A DNA stretch of 64,000 nt from Octopus vulgaris (GCA_951406725.2 OX597817.1:96720001-96784000); one strand, 5' to 3'. Shown: positions 1 through 14,814, counted from the stretch's first letter. Numbers and translations: made by a program. The notes: a model not told the origin generated them from the letters alone.

Positions 1-48
1 TATATATAATATATACATATATATATATACATATATACATATATATAT

Positions 49-79
<31 letters not shown>

Positions 80-226
80 TACATATATACATATATACAT
101 ATACATATATATACATATATACATATATATATACATATATACATATATACATATATATACATATATATATACATATATATATATACATATATATATATAC
201 ATATATATATATACATATATATATAT
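1..226. repeat. (TA)n/(TACA) microsatellite
   Basis: Directly visible TA array running off the window start. Confidence 0.98.
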
Positions 227-1920
227 AAGATGGCGCTGAACTAACAACAAGTGTGTTAACGTGTCTCTCCTAAATATTAAAGAAGTCCTTCCAGAGATCG
301 ATGTTATCAGAAGCGAAATTGTCTGCAAAGCGAATATAAGTGATAGTACAACAAGTCACTGTATTTGAGAAGAATATTTTCGCTTTTGATGTAGTATTTG
401 CAACTAGAACATACTCGCGAATACACGTGTTAAAACGCACGTGTGTTACTTCCCGAAATCGAAGTGAATTTTATTCTTCGTCTGTGAATCAACAAGACAC
501 AGTATTTTTGAGAAGGATATTTTCGTTTTTGATGTATATCTGCGTGTTCTGAAAAAAGCCTCTGAAAAATTTGCTGCTTAATACCAAATCGCTTAGGAAA
601 ATACAGAAAGTATCGTGAAACTGTTGCATGTGCTAAATCGAAACTCAAACCCCTTTTGTTTACAAAGTGCGCTTGGGGAGGAATATAAAAGGTCTGTCTT
701 GTCTATCTATCTTCCTTTCTTATAAAAAGGAATCACGTAAGTACTCTCTGTCAGCCGGTAAGGTAAGATATTATTTATTTGTTATCATTAGTGTTCTTTC
801 AAACAGAAAATAATTAAAAAAAAAAAAAAAAAAGATATAAAAATATAAAAATACGCGCTATTCTATCTTTATAATCTTTATAATTTCGTGCCTGCCACGC
901 ACTCTCTCTTTCTCTTTCTTACATTTCTATTTCTATCTCTCTCATACATTTTTATTATTTGTTATCATTAGTGTTCTTTCAAACAGAAAATAATAATTAA
1001 AAAGATATAAAAATACGCGCTATTCTATCTTTATAATCTCTCCCTCTCTTTCTTACATTTCTATTTCTATCTCTCTCATACAGTTTATACCTTATCTGTC
1101 TCCCCATCCACCAGACCCTCTATTTCCGCTCTCACTCTCCCCTCCTCCCTCTCTCTCCCTCTGCAATCGTTTCTCTTTCTGCATCTCTCTCAGATCAACT
1201 TTCTCTCACCTCACCCCCTCTCTCAGTTCCTCAACTTCACTCATTCTCTCTTGTATCTATATACCGCCCTCTTTCTCTCTCTCTCTCTCTGTTACTCCCC
1301 CTCCCTCTCTCTGCCTCTTTCCTCTCCGCTCCTTCACAGGTCAAACCCCTTTTCCTCTTCCCCTTCTGTCCCCTTATTTCTTTCTCTACACCACCCTCCC
1401 TGTCCCTTTACTACACTCTGTTGCGCCCCCTCTCTTCCTCTTCCCCCTTTTTCTTCCTACCTTTCCTCTCCCTGTTCCCTCTAAGGCTCACCACCCCCCT
1501 GTCTCTTTTTTCCTCTCTCTGTCTCCTTCCTCCACACCACCCTCTCTGTCCCTTTACTTCACTCCCTGGTACCTCTATCCTGCCCTCTCTCTCTCTCCCT
1601 CTCCATTTCATCTCTCTCTTCCTCTCCATTTTATCTCTCCGCCTTTCTTCTCCCTGCTCCCCCTAGGGTCCACCCTCTTGTCTCACTTTTCCACCCTGTC
1701 CCTTTCTACTACACCTCTATCCCGCTCACTCTCCCCCTGCTGACCTGCCATTCTTTCACCTTTCTCTTTTTTCCCTCTTATTTTCTCTCTTTCTCTCTTC
1801 TCTCAGGACAATCCCCTCGTCTCTCTCTCTATCCCCCCTGGCTTTTCTCCTTTCTCTTCTCCCTCTCCATATCTCTCCTTCTCTATCTCTCTCTCTGTTC
1901 CTATATTTCACTAGAAGAAA

Positions 1921-2817
1921 ATGGCAAGAAACTGGTCTGCGAGAGAGGTGCAATTGTTCGTCCGCGCTTGGAAGATCGCTGAGGACGACTCGCCGAACGA
2001 CATTATTGCTGCGGCGCTGAAAAGCAACAATTTTTCGAGAACCACCGCCCAGATAGAGCGAAAGAAGAGAGAAGTTATCCGTTCGTACGCTCTAATCAGG
2101 CAACATGTGGACACCCTGGACATCATCCTGGGAGGTGACGGCAGCAGGGAGGGCCAAAAGGATGAGGAAAGCATCCAGAGCCAAATGGAGAAGCCTGGAA
2201 CACAGGGAAACGATGACACATGTCCAGCTTCCAACACCACAACTGAAGACCAAAGAGGTGCGATGGCCGCAAGAAAGGAAAGGCACCCTGGAATTGATGG
2301 GAAGCAGGAGGTAAAGGGTGACAGAATCAAGGCTAAAGGAAGCCCTGTCCAGAGAAAGCAGAGGGACCCCAGCAAAAACTGTAAGGGCAGGGAAAGAAAC
2401 ACCTGCAAATTCTACCTGAGGGGGGACTGCTGGTACGGCGTTGAAGGTGCAAACTGTCGCTTTGCACATCGGAGGCCCTACCAAAACCGCACGGACGCGA
2501 GACAGAGGTCCCTCCCTCAGGGAGAACAAAAACAAAAAGTTAAAAGAAGGGAAAAAAGCGCACTGACCACTACTGAAAGACGGTATGCAGATGTGGTGCG
2601 CGGAAACCCAACAGGTGGCCAGCTTCACCCAGATGTGAGAAGGGCGGCAGCTGAACAGCAGTCTTTTTTGTGCATGGCACAAAAAATTGTTCAGCAGCTG
2701 ACCTGGCTACAAGCACAAAGCTGGAACTACCACCACATAAGGCCACCTCCAACAGATGCAGGATGGCCACCACAGACACCAACACCAACACACACACCAC
2801 AAAAATATTTCTACTGA
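1921..2817 (+). CDS. LINE ORF1: N-terminal Myb/SANT-like helical domain plus CCCH zinc finger
   Basis: 298 aa ATG ORF. CKFYLRGDCWYGVEGANCRFAH finger at 2404-2469. Homologous segments occur in copies 2 and 3. Confidence 0.85.
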   Translation: MARNWSAREVQLFVRAWKIAEDDSPNDIIAAALKSNNFSRTTAQIERKKREVIRSYALIRQHVDTLDIILGGDGSREGQKDEESIQSQMEKPGTQGNDDTCPASNTTTEDQRGAMAARKERHPGIDGKQEVKGDRIKAKGSPVQRKQRDPSKNCKGRERNTCKFYLRGDCWYGVEGANCRFAHRRPYQNRTDARQRSLPQGEQKQKVKRREKSALTTTERRYADVVRGNPTGGQLHPDVRRAAAEQQSFLCMAQKIVQQLTWLQAQSWNYHHIRPPPTDAGWPPQTPTPTHTPQKYFY

Positions 2818-5774
2818 ATGTAGGAGGGCTGCTGCGCGGAAACTGTAAAAAGAAAATTTCATTCCTGAGAGACCTTGTGACATGCAATCAAGCTATATGC
2901 ATGGCACTCACAGAAACGCATCTTGAACCCGATATAGGTGATGCAGAAATACACATGCCGCAATATGCAGTCATACGCACAGATAGAAAAGGGAGGAGCC
3001 ATGGTGGAGTTGCAATGTACATCCGAGATGACCTCACGCCCCAGGTCCTGCTGTCATATTCAAACTCAGTATGTGAAACTCAAATTGTACACATAAGACA
3101 ACTGAATATCGTCATATGCACTACATATCGCCCACCAGACGCCCCAAAACACTCAGGCATGTTTGAAGACTGCCTAACAAAAATAGGAGAAGTCCTCACC
3201 AACCTTGAACAGCACAACAGTGTATTCTTCATGGGTGACTTTAACCTCCCCAATGTGGAATGGCCTGGGGGGCAGATGCTCCCAGGGATGACACACCATC
3301 AGCAGGCACAGGTGGAGTCCCTGCTCCATCTCACAAATACCTCTTTCATGGAGCAAATAGTTCTGCAACCAACAAGGGCAGATAATATACTGGATCTCTG
3401 CTTCACAAACAATATGGATATTATCCATAATGTTAATGTGATGCCGACAATGATCTCGGATCACAACATAATAGAGCTGTCTATGTATGGAACAAAAGCC
3501 CCCGCAGACACACAGCCTATACGAAGCACCCACCATCTCTCCAACTTAAACTTTCATAAAGCCAACTGGAAGTCGATTGAGAAAGAGATCCTCAAACAGG
3601 ATTGGCCTGAATGTCTCTCCACACCGGACATAAACATGAAACACAAACACTTCATGTCCATAATACAAGCCATATGTGACAAATATGTCCCAATGTGCAG
3701 GGCCAGCACACACAAGAACAAAAACAGGATCCCTAGAGAAAGGAGGATTCTTATGAGACGACGGACAAGGATTGCAAACCGCCTGAGCAAGCACACCAAA
3801 AGTGGTGAGAAGTCTCGGCTCGAAAGAATGCTAATGGAAACTGAGAAAAGTCTACATCAGTCCCATGAAAAGGAGAGAGCAGATAAAGAAGCTTGGGTAA
3901 TAGAAAATATAAAATCAAACCCTAAAGCTTTCTTTAAGTTTGCCAAAGAGACAGCCACAGTGCACCAGAGAATAGGACCTCTCTTCCAAAAAGATGGCTC
4001 TCTCACAGGAAATCCCACGAGGATAAGTGAAATACTGAACGAACAGTTCCAAAGTGTGTTCACTACACCTCTAGGACACAGGCAAGTAAACAACCCAGAA
4101 GAATTCTTTGCCACTTTACCAGCGGCCAAAGAGACAAAAATTGAGTACATCAACATCGAAGAAGATGATATCACACTAGCCATTGATGAGATTGACACAA
4201 ACTCAGCTGCTGGACCTGATGGATTCCCAGCGATCCTTCTCAAATCGTGCAAACGAGCCCTTGCAAAACCGCTACAGCTTCTTTTTCAGAGCTTTCTTGC
4301 AAGTGGTAAGCTCCCAGTCAAACTGAAAGAGGGGGTAATATGCCCTATCCATAAGGGAGGTAGCAGAGCAGATGCTAAAAATTATAGGCCTATCTCTCTG
4401 ACCTCACACATCAGCAAAGTCATGGAACGAATAGTCCGTAAGAAACTAATCATGTTCCTTGAAGAAAATGACTTACTGTCTGACACCCAGCATGGATTTC
4501 GACCAGGTAGAGGCTGCCTAACACAGCTCCTGCAACACTATGACTGGGTGTTGAAACAGCTACTAAATGGCTCAAATGTGGATGTAATATATCTTGACTT
4601 TGCAAAAGCCTTTGATAAAGTCGACCATGGTATGATCTGTCACAAACTGCGTGGTCTCGGCATAGGCGGGAAACTTGGAGAGTGGCTGCACAACTTCCTA
4701 AAAGACAGAAAACAGGCAGTTGTGAGCAATGGAGCCACCTCCAGGGAAACGCAAATAACAAGCGGTGTCCCACAGGGCACTGTCTTGGGGCCACTGATGT
4801 TCATAGTGGCCCTTTCAGACATGCCTTCAGTTGCTACGATGACCACCCTTGCTAGCTATGCAGATGACACAAAAGTCTCCCACGCAATACAAAACCCTGA
4901 AAATATTGCGCATCTGCAACATGAGCTGGACACAATATACAGGTGGGCTGAGGACAACAACATGCAGTTTAATGCAGGTAAGTTCCAGGCCCTGCGCTAC
5001 TGGCACACAAAGGTAAATGACGTGAAGACTGGATACACTGGCCCAGGAAGAATTGCAATCCCTGAGTCAAAATCAGTGCGTGACCTGGGCATTGACATGA
5101 GCAATGATGCATCTTTCCAAATGCATATTGCTAATCTGGTGATAAAATGCAGACGGCTAGCTGGATGGATTCTCCGAACTTTCAGAACAAGAGAGAAGGA
5201 GACACTGATGGTCCTATGGAAAACATTTGTCCTCAGCCGCTTGGACTACTGCTCCCAACTTTGGTCACCACACAATATAAAACAAACAGCAGAACTCGAA
5301 GCAACTCAGAGAAGCTACACAAAGAAAATCGTCTCAATGCAAAATGTCAGCTACTGGGAAAGACTGAAGGTATTAAACCTCTTCTCCCTGGAGCGGAGGC
5401 GGGAGAGATATGCAGTGATATACATCTGGAAAATCCTGGAGGGTCTTGTCCCAAACTTTGGCATTCAAAGTTACTCCAACCGCAGAACGGGGCGCCGCTG
5501 CGTGGTGCCAAGGATTCCAACATCACCATCAAAATACAGGTCCAGATACTGCAACAGCTTGGGTTTCAGAGGACCACAGCTCTTTAACATCCTCCCTAAA
5601 TGCCTGAGAGACTTACATGGTGTGGATGTGGGTTTCTTTAAAACTAAACTGGATCTCTTCTTGTTGGGAGTCCCAGATGAACCTACCTCACGACAGGAGA
5701 CACGGATGCGGGCAGCAGCATCGAACTCCCTTGTTGATCAAGTGCCACGTATCAGAGGTGGATTCACAAACTAG
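2670..5774 (+). CDS. LINE ORF2: apurinic-like endonuclease plus reverse transcriptase
   Basis: APE motifs LLNVGG, LTETH, GDFN, SDHN; RT motifs YRPISLTS, DFAKAFDKV, GVPQGTVLGP, YADD. 2670 is a GTG; the first ATG is at 2763. Confidence 0.96.
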   Translation: MHGTKNCSAADLATSTKLELPPHKATSNRCRMATTDTNTNTHTTKIFLLNVGGLLRGNCKKKISFLRDLVTCNQAICMALTETHLEPDIGDAEIHMPQYAVIRTDRKGRSHGGVAMYIRDDLTPQVLLSYSNSVCETQIVHIRQLNIVICTTYRPPDAPKHSGMFEDCLTKIGEVLTNLEQHNSVFFMGDFNLPNVEWPGGQMLPGMTHHQQAQVESLLHLTNTSFMEQIVLQPTRADNILDLCFTNNMDIIHNVNVMPTMISDHNIIELSMYGTKAPADTQPIRSTHHLSNLNFHKANWKSIEKEILKQDWPECLSTPDINMKHKHFMSIIQAICDKYVPMCRASTHKNKNRIPRERRILMRRRTRIANRLSKHTKSGEKSRLERMLMETEKSLHQSHEKERADKEAWVIENIKSNPKAFFKFAKETATVHQRIGPLFQKDGSLTGNPTRISEILNEQFQSVFTTPLGHRQVNNPEEFFATLPAAKETKIEYINIEEDDITLAIDEIDTNSAAGPDGFPAILLKSCKRALAKPLQLLFQSFLASGKLPVKLKEGVICPIHKGGSRADAKNYRPISLTSHISKVMERIVRKKLIMFLEENDLLSDTQHGFRPGRGCLTQLLQHYDWVLKQLLNGSNVDVIYLDFAKAFDKVDHGMICHKLRGLGIGGKLGEWLHNFLKDRKQAVVSNGATSRETQITSGVPQGTVLGPLMFIVALSDMPSVATMTTLASYADDTKVSHAIQNPENIAHLQHELDTIYRWAEDNNMQFNAGKFQALRYWHTKVNDVKTGYTGPGRIAIPESKSVRDLGIDMSNDASFQMHIANLVIKCRRLAGWILRTFRTREKETLMVLWKTFVLSRLDYCSQLWSPHNIKQTAELEATQRSYTKKIVSMQNVSYWERLKVLNLFSLERRRERYAVIYIWKILEGLVPNFGIQSYSNRRTGRRCVVPRIPTSPSKYRSRYCNSLGFRGPQLFNILPKCLRDLHGVDVGFFKTKLDLFLLGVPDEPTSRQETRMRAAASNSLVDQVPRIRGGFTN

Positions 5775-5851
5775 TGTAGCTCATTCAGCGGTGGTGCCCC
5801 AGCATGGCCGCGGCCTTCGGGCTAAAACATTTTTAAGGATTTAAGGATTTA

Positions 5852-9079
<3,228 letters not shown>

Positions 9080-12000
9080 ATCTTTATCTTTATCTTTATC
9101 TAGTGTCAGCTCACGAGCTGTGGCCATGCTGGGGCACCGCCATTTGGTGTTGCTACATGATTTTACTTCACGAATACTTTTTAGCAATTGCTATTTGGTG
9201 CATGAGAGAGTTTGATGCAGCTGCCCTCATCTGCACCTCCTGCCGTGAAGTTGGTTCATCTGGGACACCTGACAAGAAGAAATCCAGTTTTATTTTAAAG
9301 ACATCTGCATCCACCCCATGCAGGTCTCTCAGGTTCTTCGGGAGGATATTGAAGAGCTGTGGGCCTCTGAAGCTCAGGCTATCACAGTATCTTGTCCTAC
9401 ATCTTGATGGCAAATTTGGAGTCCTTGGCACTATGCAGTGGTGCCCAGTTCTGGCATTTATGTAACTCTCGATGCCAAAGTTTGGGACAAGTCCTTCTAG
9501 GATCTTCCAGATGTATATTATGGCATATCTTTCTCGCCTATGCTCTAAGGAATAGAGTTTTAATCTCTTGAGTTTTTCCCAGTAGCTTATATGCTGCACA
9601 GAGGCTATCTTCTTCGTGTAGCTTCGTTGGATCGCCTCAAGTTCTGTGATTAACTTGACACTGGATGGTGATCATAGCTGAGAGCAATAGTCAAAGTGGC
9701 TTAGGACAAGTGTCCTCCAGAGGCCATCATGATTTCCTGGTCTCTTGTTCTAAAGGTTCTAAGAATCCATCCGGTCAGCCACCTACATTTCATTGCCAAT
9801 TTAGCAACATGCACATGAAAGTTTGCATCATTACTCATGTAAATACCCAGGTCTCGCACTGATTGTGCCTCTGGGATTGCAATCCCTCCAGGTCCAGTGT
9901 ATTTATTGTGTATTGCATTTAGTTTTGCATGCTGATAGCATAAATCTTGAAACTTTTCAGCATTGAACTGCATGCTATTCTTTTCAGCCCACTTGTATAT
10001 TTTGTCCAGCTCACATTGCAGGTGTTTAGTGTCTTCAGGGTTCTGTATTGCCTGTGAAACTTTTGTATCATCTGCATAACTTGTGATCGTGGCTCTCTGC
10101 GTGGCTGAGGGCATGTCTGAGAGGACCACTATGAACAGTAGTGATCCCAAAACAGTGCCTTGCAGTACACCGCTCACTATTTGCGTGTTAATGGAAGTGG
10201 CCCCATTGGCTACTACCAACTGACTTCTATCCTTCAGAAAGTCATGAAGTCATTCTCCCGATTTTCCAACTATGCCAAGATCACGCAGTTTGTGACATAT
10301 CATTCCATGATCGACTTTATCAAAGGCCTTTGCAAAGTCGAGATATATCACTTCCACATTTGAGTGGTTGAGCAGTCGTTTCAGCACCCAGTCATAGTGA
10401 TGTAGGAGCTGAGTTAAGCAGCTTCTTCCTGGTCGCAAACCATGTTGGGTGTCAGGCAGCAAGTCATTTTCTTCAAGGAAGGTGATTAGTTTCCTTCTGA
10501 CTATTCGTTCCATGACCTTGCTGATGTGTGAGGTCAGAGAGATAGGTCTGTAGTTCTTCGCTTCCGCTCTGCTACCTCCTTTATGAATAGGGCATATTTT
10601 ACCTTCCTTCAGTTTTCTTGGAAGTTTGCCAGCTGCAAGGAAGCTCTGAAAGAGGAACTGCAGTGGTCTTGCTAGGACTCTCTTACATACTTTTACAAGG
10701 ATTGCTGAGAATCCATCGGGGCCAGTAGCTGAGTTTGTTTTCATTTCTCTATAGCCTTTATTACATCGTCTTCCTTTATATTGATGTAATCAATCATCGC
10801 TGCCTCTGATTTTATATCTGCAGTGGTAAAGAAGTCAGTTGGATTGCTGACTTGAAAATGCCCTAGGGGTGGAGTGAAAATACTCTTGAATTGCTCATTT
10901 AGTATTTCACTTATCCTCATTGGATTTCCTGTGAGTGTGCCATCCTTTTCAAGGAGTGGCCCTATCCTACAGTGCACTGCAGCTGTTTCTTTGGTATACC
11001 TGTAGAAAGCTCTGGGGTTAGATTTTATGTTGTCTATAGCCCAGGCTTCTTTGTCTGCTCTTTCTTTTTCATGGGAGAGTTGCAGACATTTTTCAATTTC
11101 CAACAATTTTAGTTTCAGGTGGGACTTTTCACTGCTTTCAATTTGTTTGTTTAGGCGATTTGAAATTTTTGTACGCCATCTCATTAGAATTTTCCTCTCT
11201 CTGGGGATTTGTAGCATATGGCTTGTATTACAGACATGAATTGTTGAAGTTTCATGTCGATGTCTGGCGAGGAGTGACATTCAGGCCAGTTTTGTTTGAG
11301 GATCTCTTTCTCAATTTGTTTCCAGTTTGCCTTATGGAAGTTCAGGCTGGAAAGATTCTGAGAGTTTCTTGTAGGATGCATGTCCATGCTTTCCTTTGGC
11401 CCGTACATGGTCAGCTCTACCATGTTGTGATCCGAGAGTAGTGTCGGTGTCACTTTCACATTATGGATGAGATCCATATTATTTGTGAAGCAGAGATCCA
11501 GTATGTTACCTGCCCTGGTTGGTTGGAGTATTACTTGCTCCATGTAGAGTGTTGATGCGGTTCAGGAGGGACCTCGCCTGTCCTCGTTCGCATCGTGTCA
11601 TTCCTGGGAGAGAAAGGCCCTCGGGCCATCTGACATTGGGTAGATTGAAGTCTCCCATAAGAAGTACAATTATGTGTTGTTCTAATGTGACTAGAACTTC
11701 TATTTTTATAAGGCAGTCTTCAAACTTGCCTACATGGCTTGGGGCATCTGGAAGGCGATATGTAGCACATATAACTACACCAAGTCGCCTTATATGTACA
11801 ATTAGTGTGTCACACACTGAATTTGAGTATGACAAAAGGACCTGGGGTGTGAGGTCCTCGCGGATGTACATAGCAACTCCTCCATGACTCCTTTCTTTTC
11901 TGTCGGTCCGTAGTACAACATACTGTGGTATGTGTATTTCCGTATCTGCTATGTCCGGTTTCATGTGTGTTTCCGTAAGTGCCAGGCATAAGGCTTGATT

Positions 12001-13466
12001 GCATGCAACAAAGTCTCTCAAGAACGGGATTTTTGGCCTGTTACTGAGTGTTAGCAGTCCTCTGATGTTCAATAGGAGCATCGAGGTGATGTGTACTGTT
12101 GCCGGTGGTGTCCACCTTGGGTCTATTTGCTGTGGCGGTCTTGTGTATTGTGGATAGTCCCATCTGCGAGATCGAGTTTGATGGAGCCAGGTTAGCTGGT
12201 GTACAATCTTTTGTGCCATGCACAAAAAAGATTTTTGTTCAGCAGCTGCCCTTTCAATAACATGTTGGCGGTTTGTAGCACGCACCACATCTGCATACCT
12301 CCGTTTTGGGGCAGGTGGTGCGTGGTCCATTCCTTTTCCTTTTGGTAGTTGGTTTCTGACCTGTTTCATGTTTATGTGGCAGGGTCTTTGATGTGCAGAA
12401 CAGCAGCCTGCACCTTCCTCTCCGTGCCAGCAGACACCTATCAGGTAGAATTTACACATTCGTGTGCGCTGTCTCTTTCTATCCCTTTTGGTACATGGAT
12501 AGTCAGGTTTGCTTCTATCCTTGGCTGTTTCATCTTTTGGTTTTGTTTGAGTTTTAGTTTTTCCTTCTTTGGCTGTTTCATCATTTGTTTTTCTTTTAGT
12601 TTCTTCTCCTTTAACTTCTTTTTTGGCTCTTTCATCTCCATGGTTTTGGCTTTTGGTACTGGTAGGGGCACTTGCACGTGGGTTTACTTCTCGAGCAGGT
12701 TTCTCACTTGAATCTTCTTTGTTGTTGTCCTGGGTGTCTACCAAGTGGGGATGACATCTTTCATGAGCACCCGTGCCTCCATCCTTGCCATCTTTACTTT
12801 GTTTGTTGTCAAAGATGGCATCAAGCGTGCCAATGTGAGATCTTATGAGTGCATAGGAGCGTATAAACTCCTGCTTCTTTCGCTCTATCTTCGCTATCGT
12901 CCTTGTATATCCACTGCTCTTCAGCGCAGCTGTAATTATGTTGTTCGGATTATCTCCATTGGCGTATCAATAGGCTTTAAGGACGAACGCCAATTCGTTA
13001 CTTCTCCAGGTTCTGGACATTTTGGATATTTTATTTATTTATCTATCTAATTATATTTAAAATGTAATAGTGCGATAGAGGGTAGAGAAGAAATAGAGAA
13101 AGAAAGTGTCAATGTATTTAGAGAGATTGAGAGCTGAGAGAAGATAAGAAGAGTGTGAGAGAGAGTCTATATATTTAGGAAGATTGAGAGGCAGAGAGAA
13201 GAAAGATGGTGTAATAGAGAAAGAGATGAAAGAGAGAGAGTGATGCAAAAGATTGAGCGGCTGCGAGAAGACAAGAAGAAAGTGAGAGTCTATAAATTTA
13301 GGAAGATTGAGCGGCCGAGAGAAGAAAGATGGTGTGATAGAGAGAAGTGAAGAGACAGAGAGAGAAAGATAAAAAAGAGAGGAGGTTACAAAGCTGAAGC
13401 AGAAATTGAAAGACCATTAACAGAATGTAAATTATAAATATATACCTGTCCATAGCTAAAAACGTT
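9080..13466 (-). mobile_element. Near full-length degenerate CR1-group LINE (copy 2)
   Basis: ORF1 starts at 13020 (MSRTW...) with stops and shifts and has the CCCH finger. APE-RT is broken into ORFs 11506-12744, 11184-11543, 10741-11280, 10250-10744, 9701-10219 and 9168-9599. (GATAAA)n tail at 9080-9100. Confidence 0.93.
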
Positions 13467-13516
13467 ATATATACATATATATACACATATATATACACAT
13501 TTACATATATATATAT

Positions 13517-13588
13517 ATGAAAATGGCGGTGCCCCAGCATGGCCACAGCTCATTAGCTGAAACTGGAAAAATCAAAAATCAAAAATCA

Positions 13589-13589
<1 letters not shown>
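13517..13589 (+). mobile_element. Extremely 5'-truncated LINE/SINE 3' end (hairpins plus (AAAATC)3 tail)
   Basis: GGCGGTGCCCCAGCATGGCCACAGCTCATTAGCTG matches the LINE 3' ends; embedded in TA repeat. Confidence 0.8.
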
Positions 13590-13628
<39 letters not shown>

Positions 13629-13704
13629 CACACATGTATATACACATATACACACATATATATACACATATACACACATATACCTATATACACATACACA
13701 TATA

Positions 13705-13735
<31 letters not shown>

Positions 13736-14030
13736 CATATATATAGACATATATGTATATATACATATACACACACATACATATACTATACACATACATA
13801 TATATTTACATATATATACATACATACATATGTACATATATATATAGATACATATGTACATATATATACATACATATATACATACATATATATATACATA
13901 CATATATATTTACATATATATACATACATACATATATATATATACATACATATATATATATATATATATACTATATACATACATACATATACATACATAC
14001 ATATGTACATATATATACATACATATGTAC

Positions 14031-14108
<78 letters not shown>

Positions 14109-14400
14109 TTACATATATATACATACATATATATTTACATATATATACATACATATATATTTACATATATATACATACATACATATTTACATATATATAC
14201 ATACATACATATATATTTACATATATATACATACATACATATATATTTACATATATATACATACATACATATATATTTACATATATATACATACATACAT
14301 ATATATTTACATATATATACATACATACATATATATTTACATATATATACATACATACATATATATACATACATACATATATATACATACATACATATAT

Positions 14401-14487
<87 letters not shown>

Positions 14488-14634
14488 CATATATATATAC
14501 ACACACATATATATATATACAAACATATACAGATACATACATATACATATATAGATACATACATATATACATATATATATATATACATATATACATACAT
14601 ATATATATATACACATATATATATACATATATAT

Positions 14635-14675
<41 letters not shown>

Positions 14676-14679
14676 TACA

Positions 14680-14715
<36 letters not shown>

Positions 14716-14814
14716 TACATATATATATACATAAATACATATATATATACATACATATATATATACATATATATATACATACACATATATATACATACAT
14801 ATATACATACATAC

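Larger units (their letters stand above)
227..5851 (+). mobile_element. Full-length CR1-group non-LTR retrotransposon (copy 1), apparently intact
   Basis: ~1.7 kb 5' UTR, ORF1, overlapping APE-RT ORF2, 3' stem-loops and a short TTTAAGGA repeat tail; TA arrays on both sides; no RNase H. Exact clade not resolved. Confidence 0.93.

Noticed and set aside
771-1081. Tandem duplication in the LINE 5' UTR
   Set aside because: Real, but such duplications are common in LINE 5' UTRs
1251-1953. Leu/Ser/Pro-rich and Arg/Glu-rich short ORFs
   Set aside because: Translation of the CT-rich LINE 5' UTR
11506-12744. Apparent natural in-frame ORF1-endonuclease fusion in copy 2
   Set aside because: The copy has many other indels and stops; a 1-nt indel near 12090 explains it, so it is not evidence of a functional fusion
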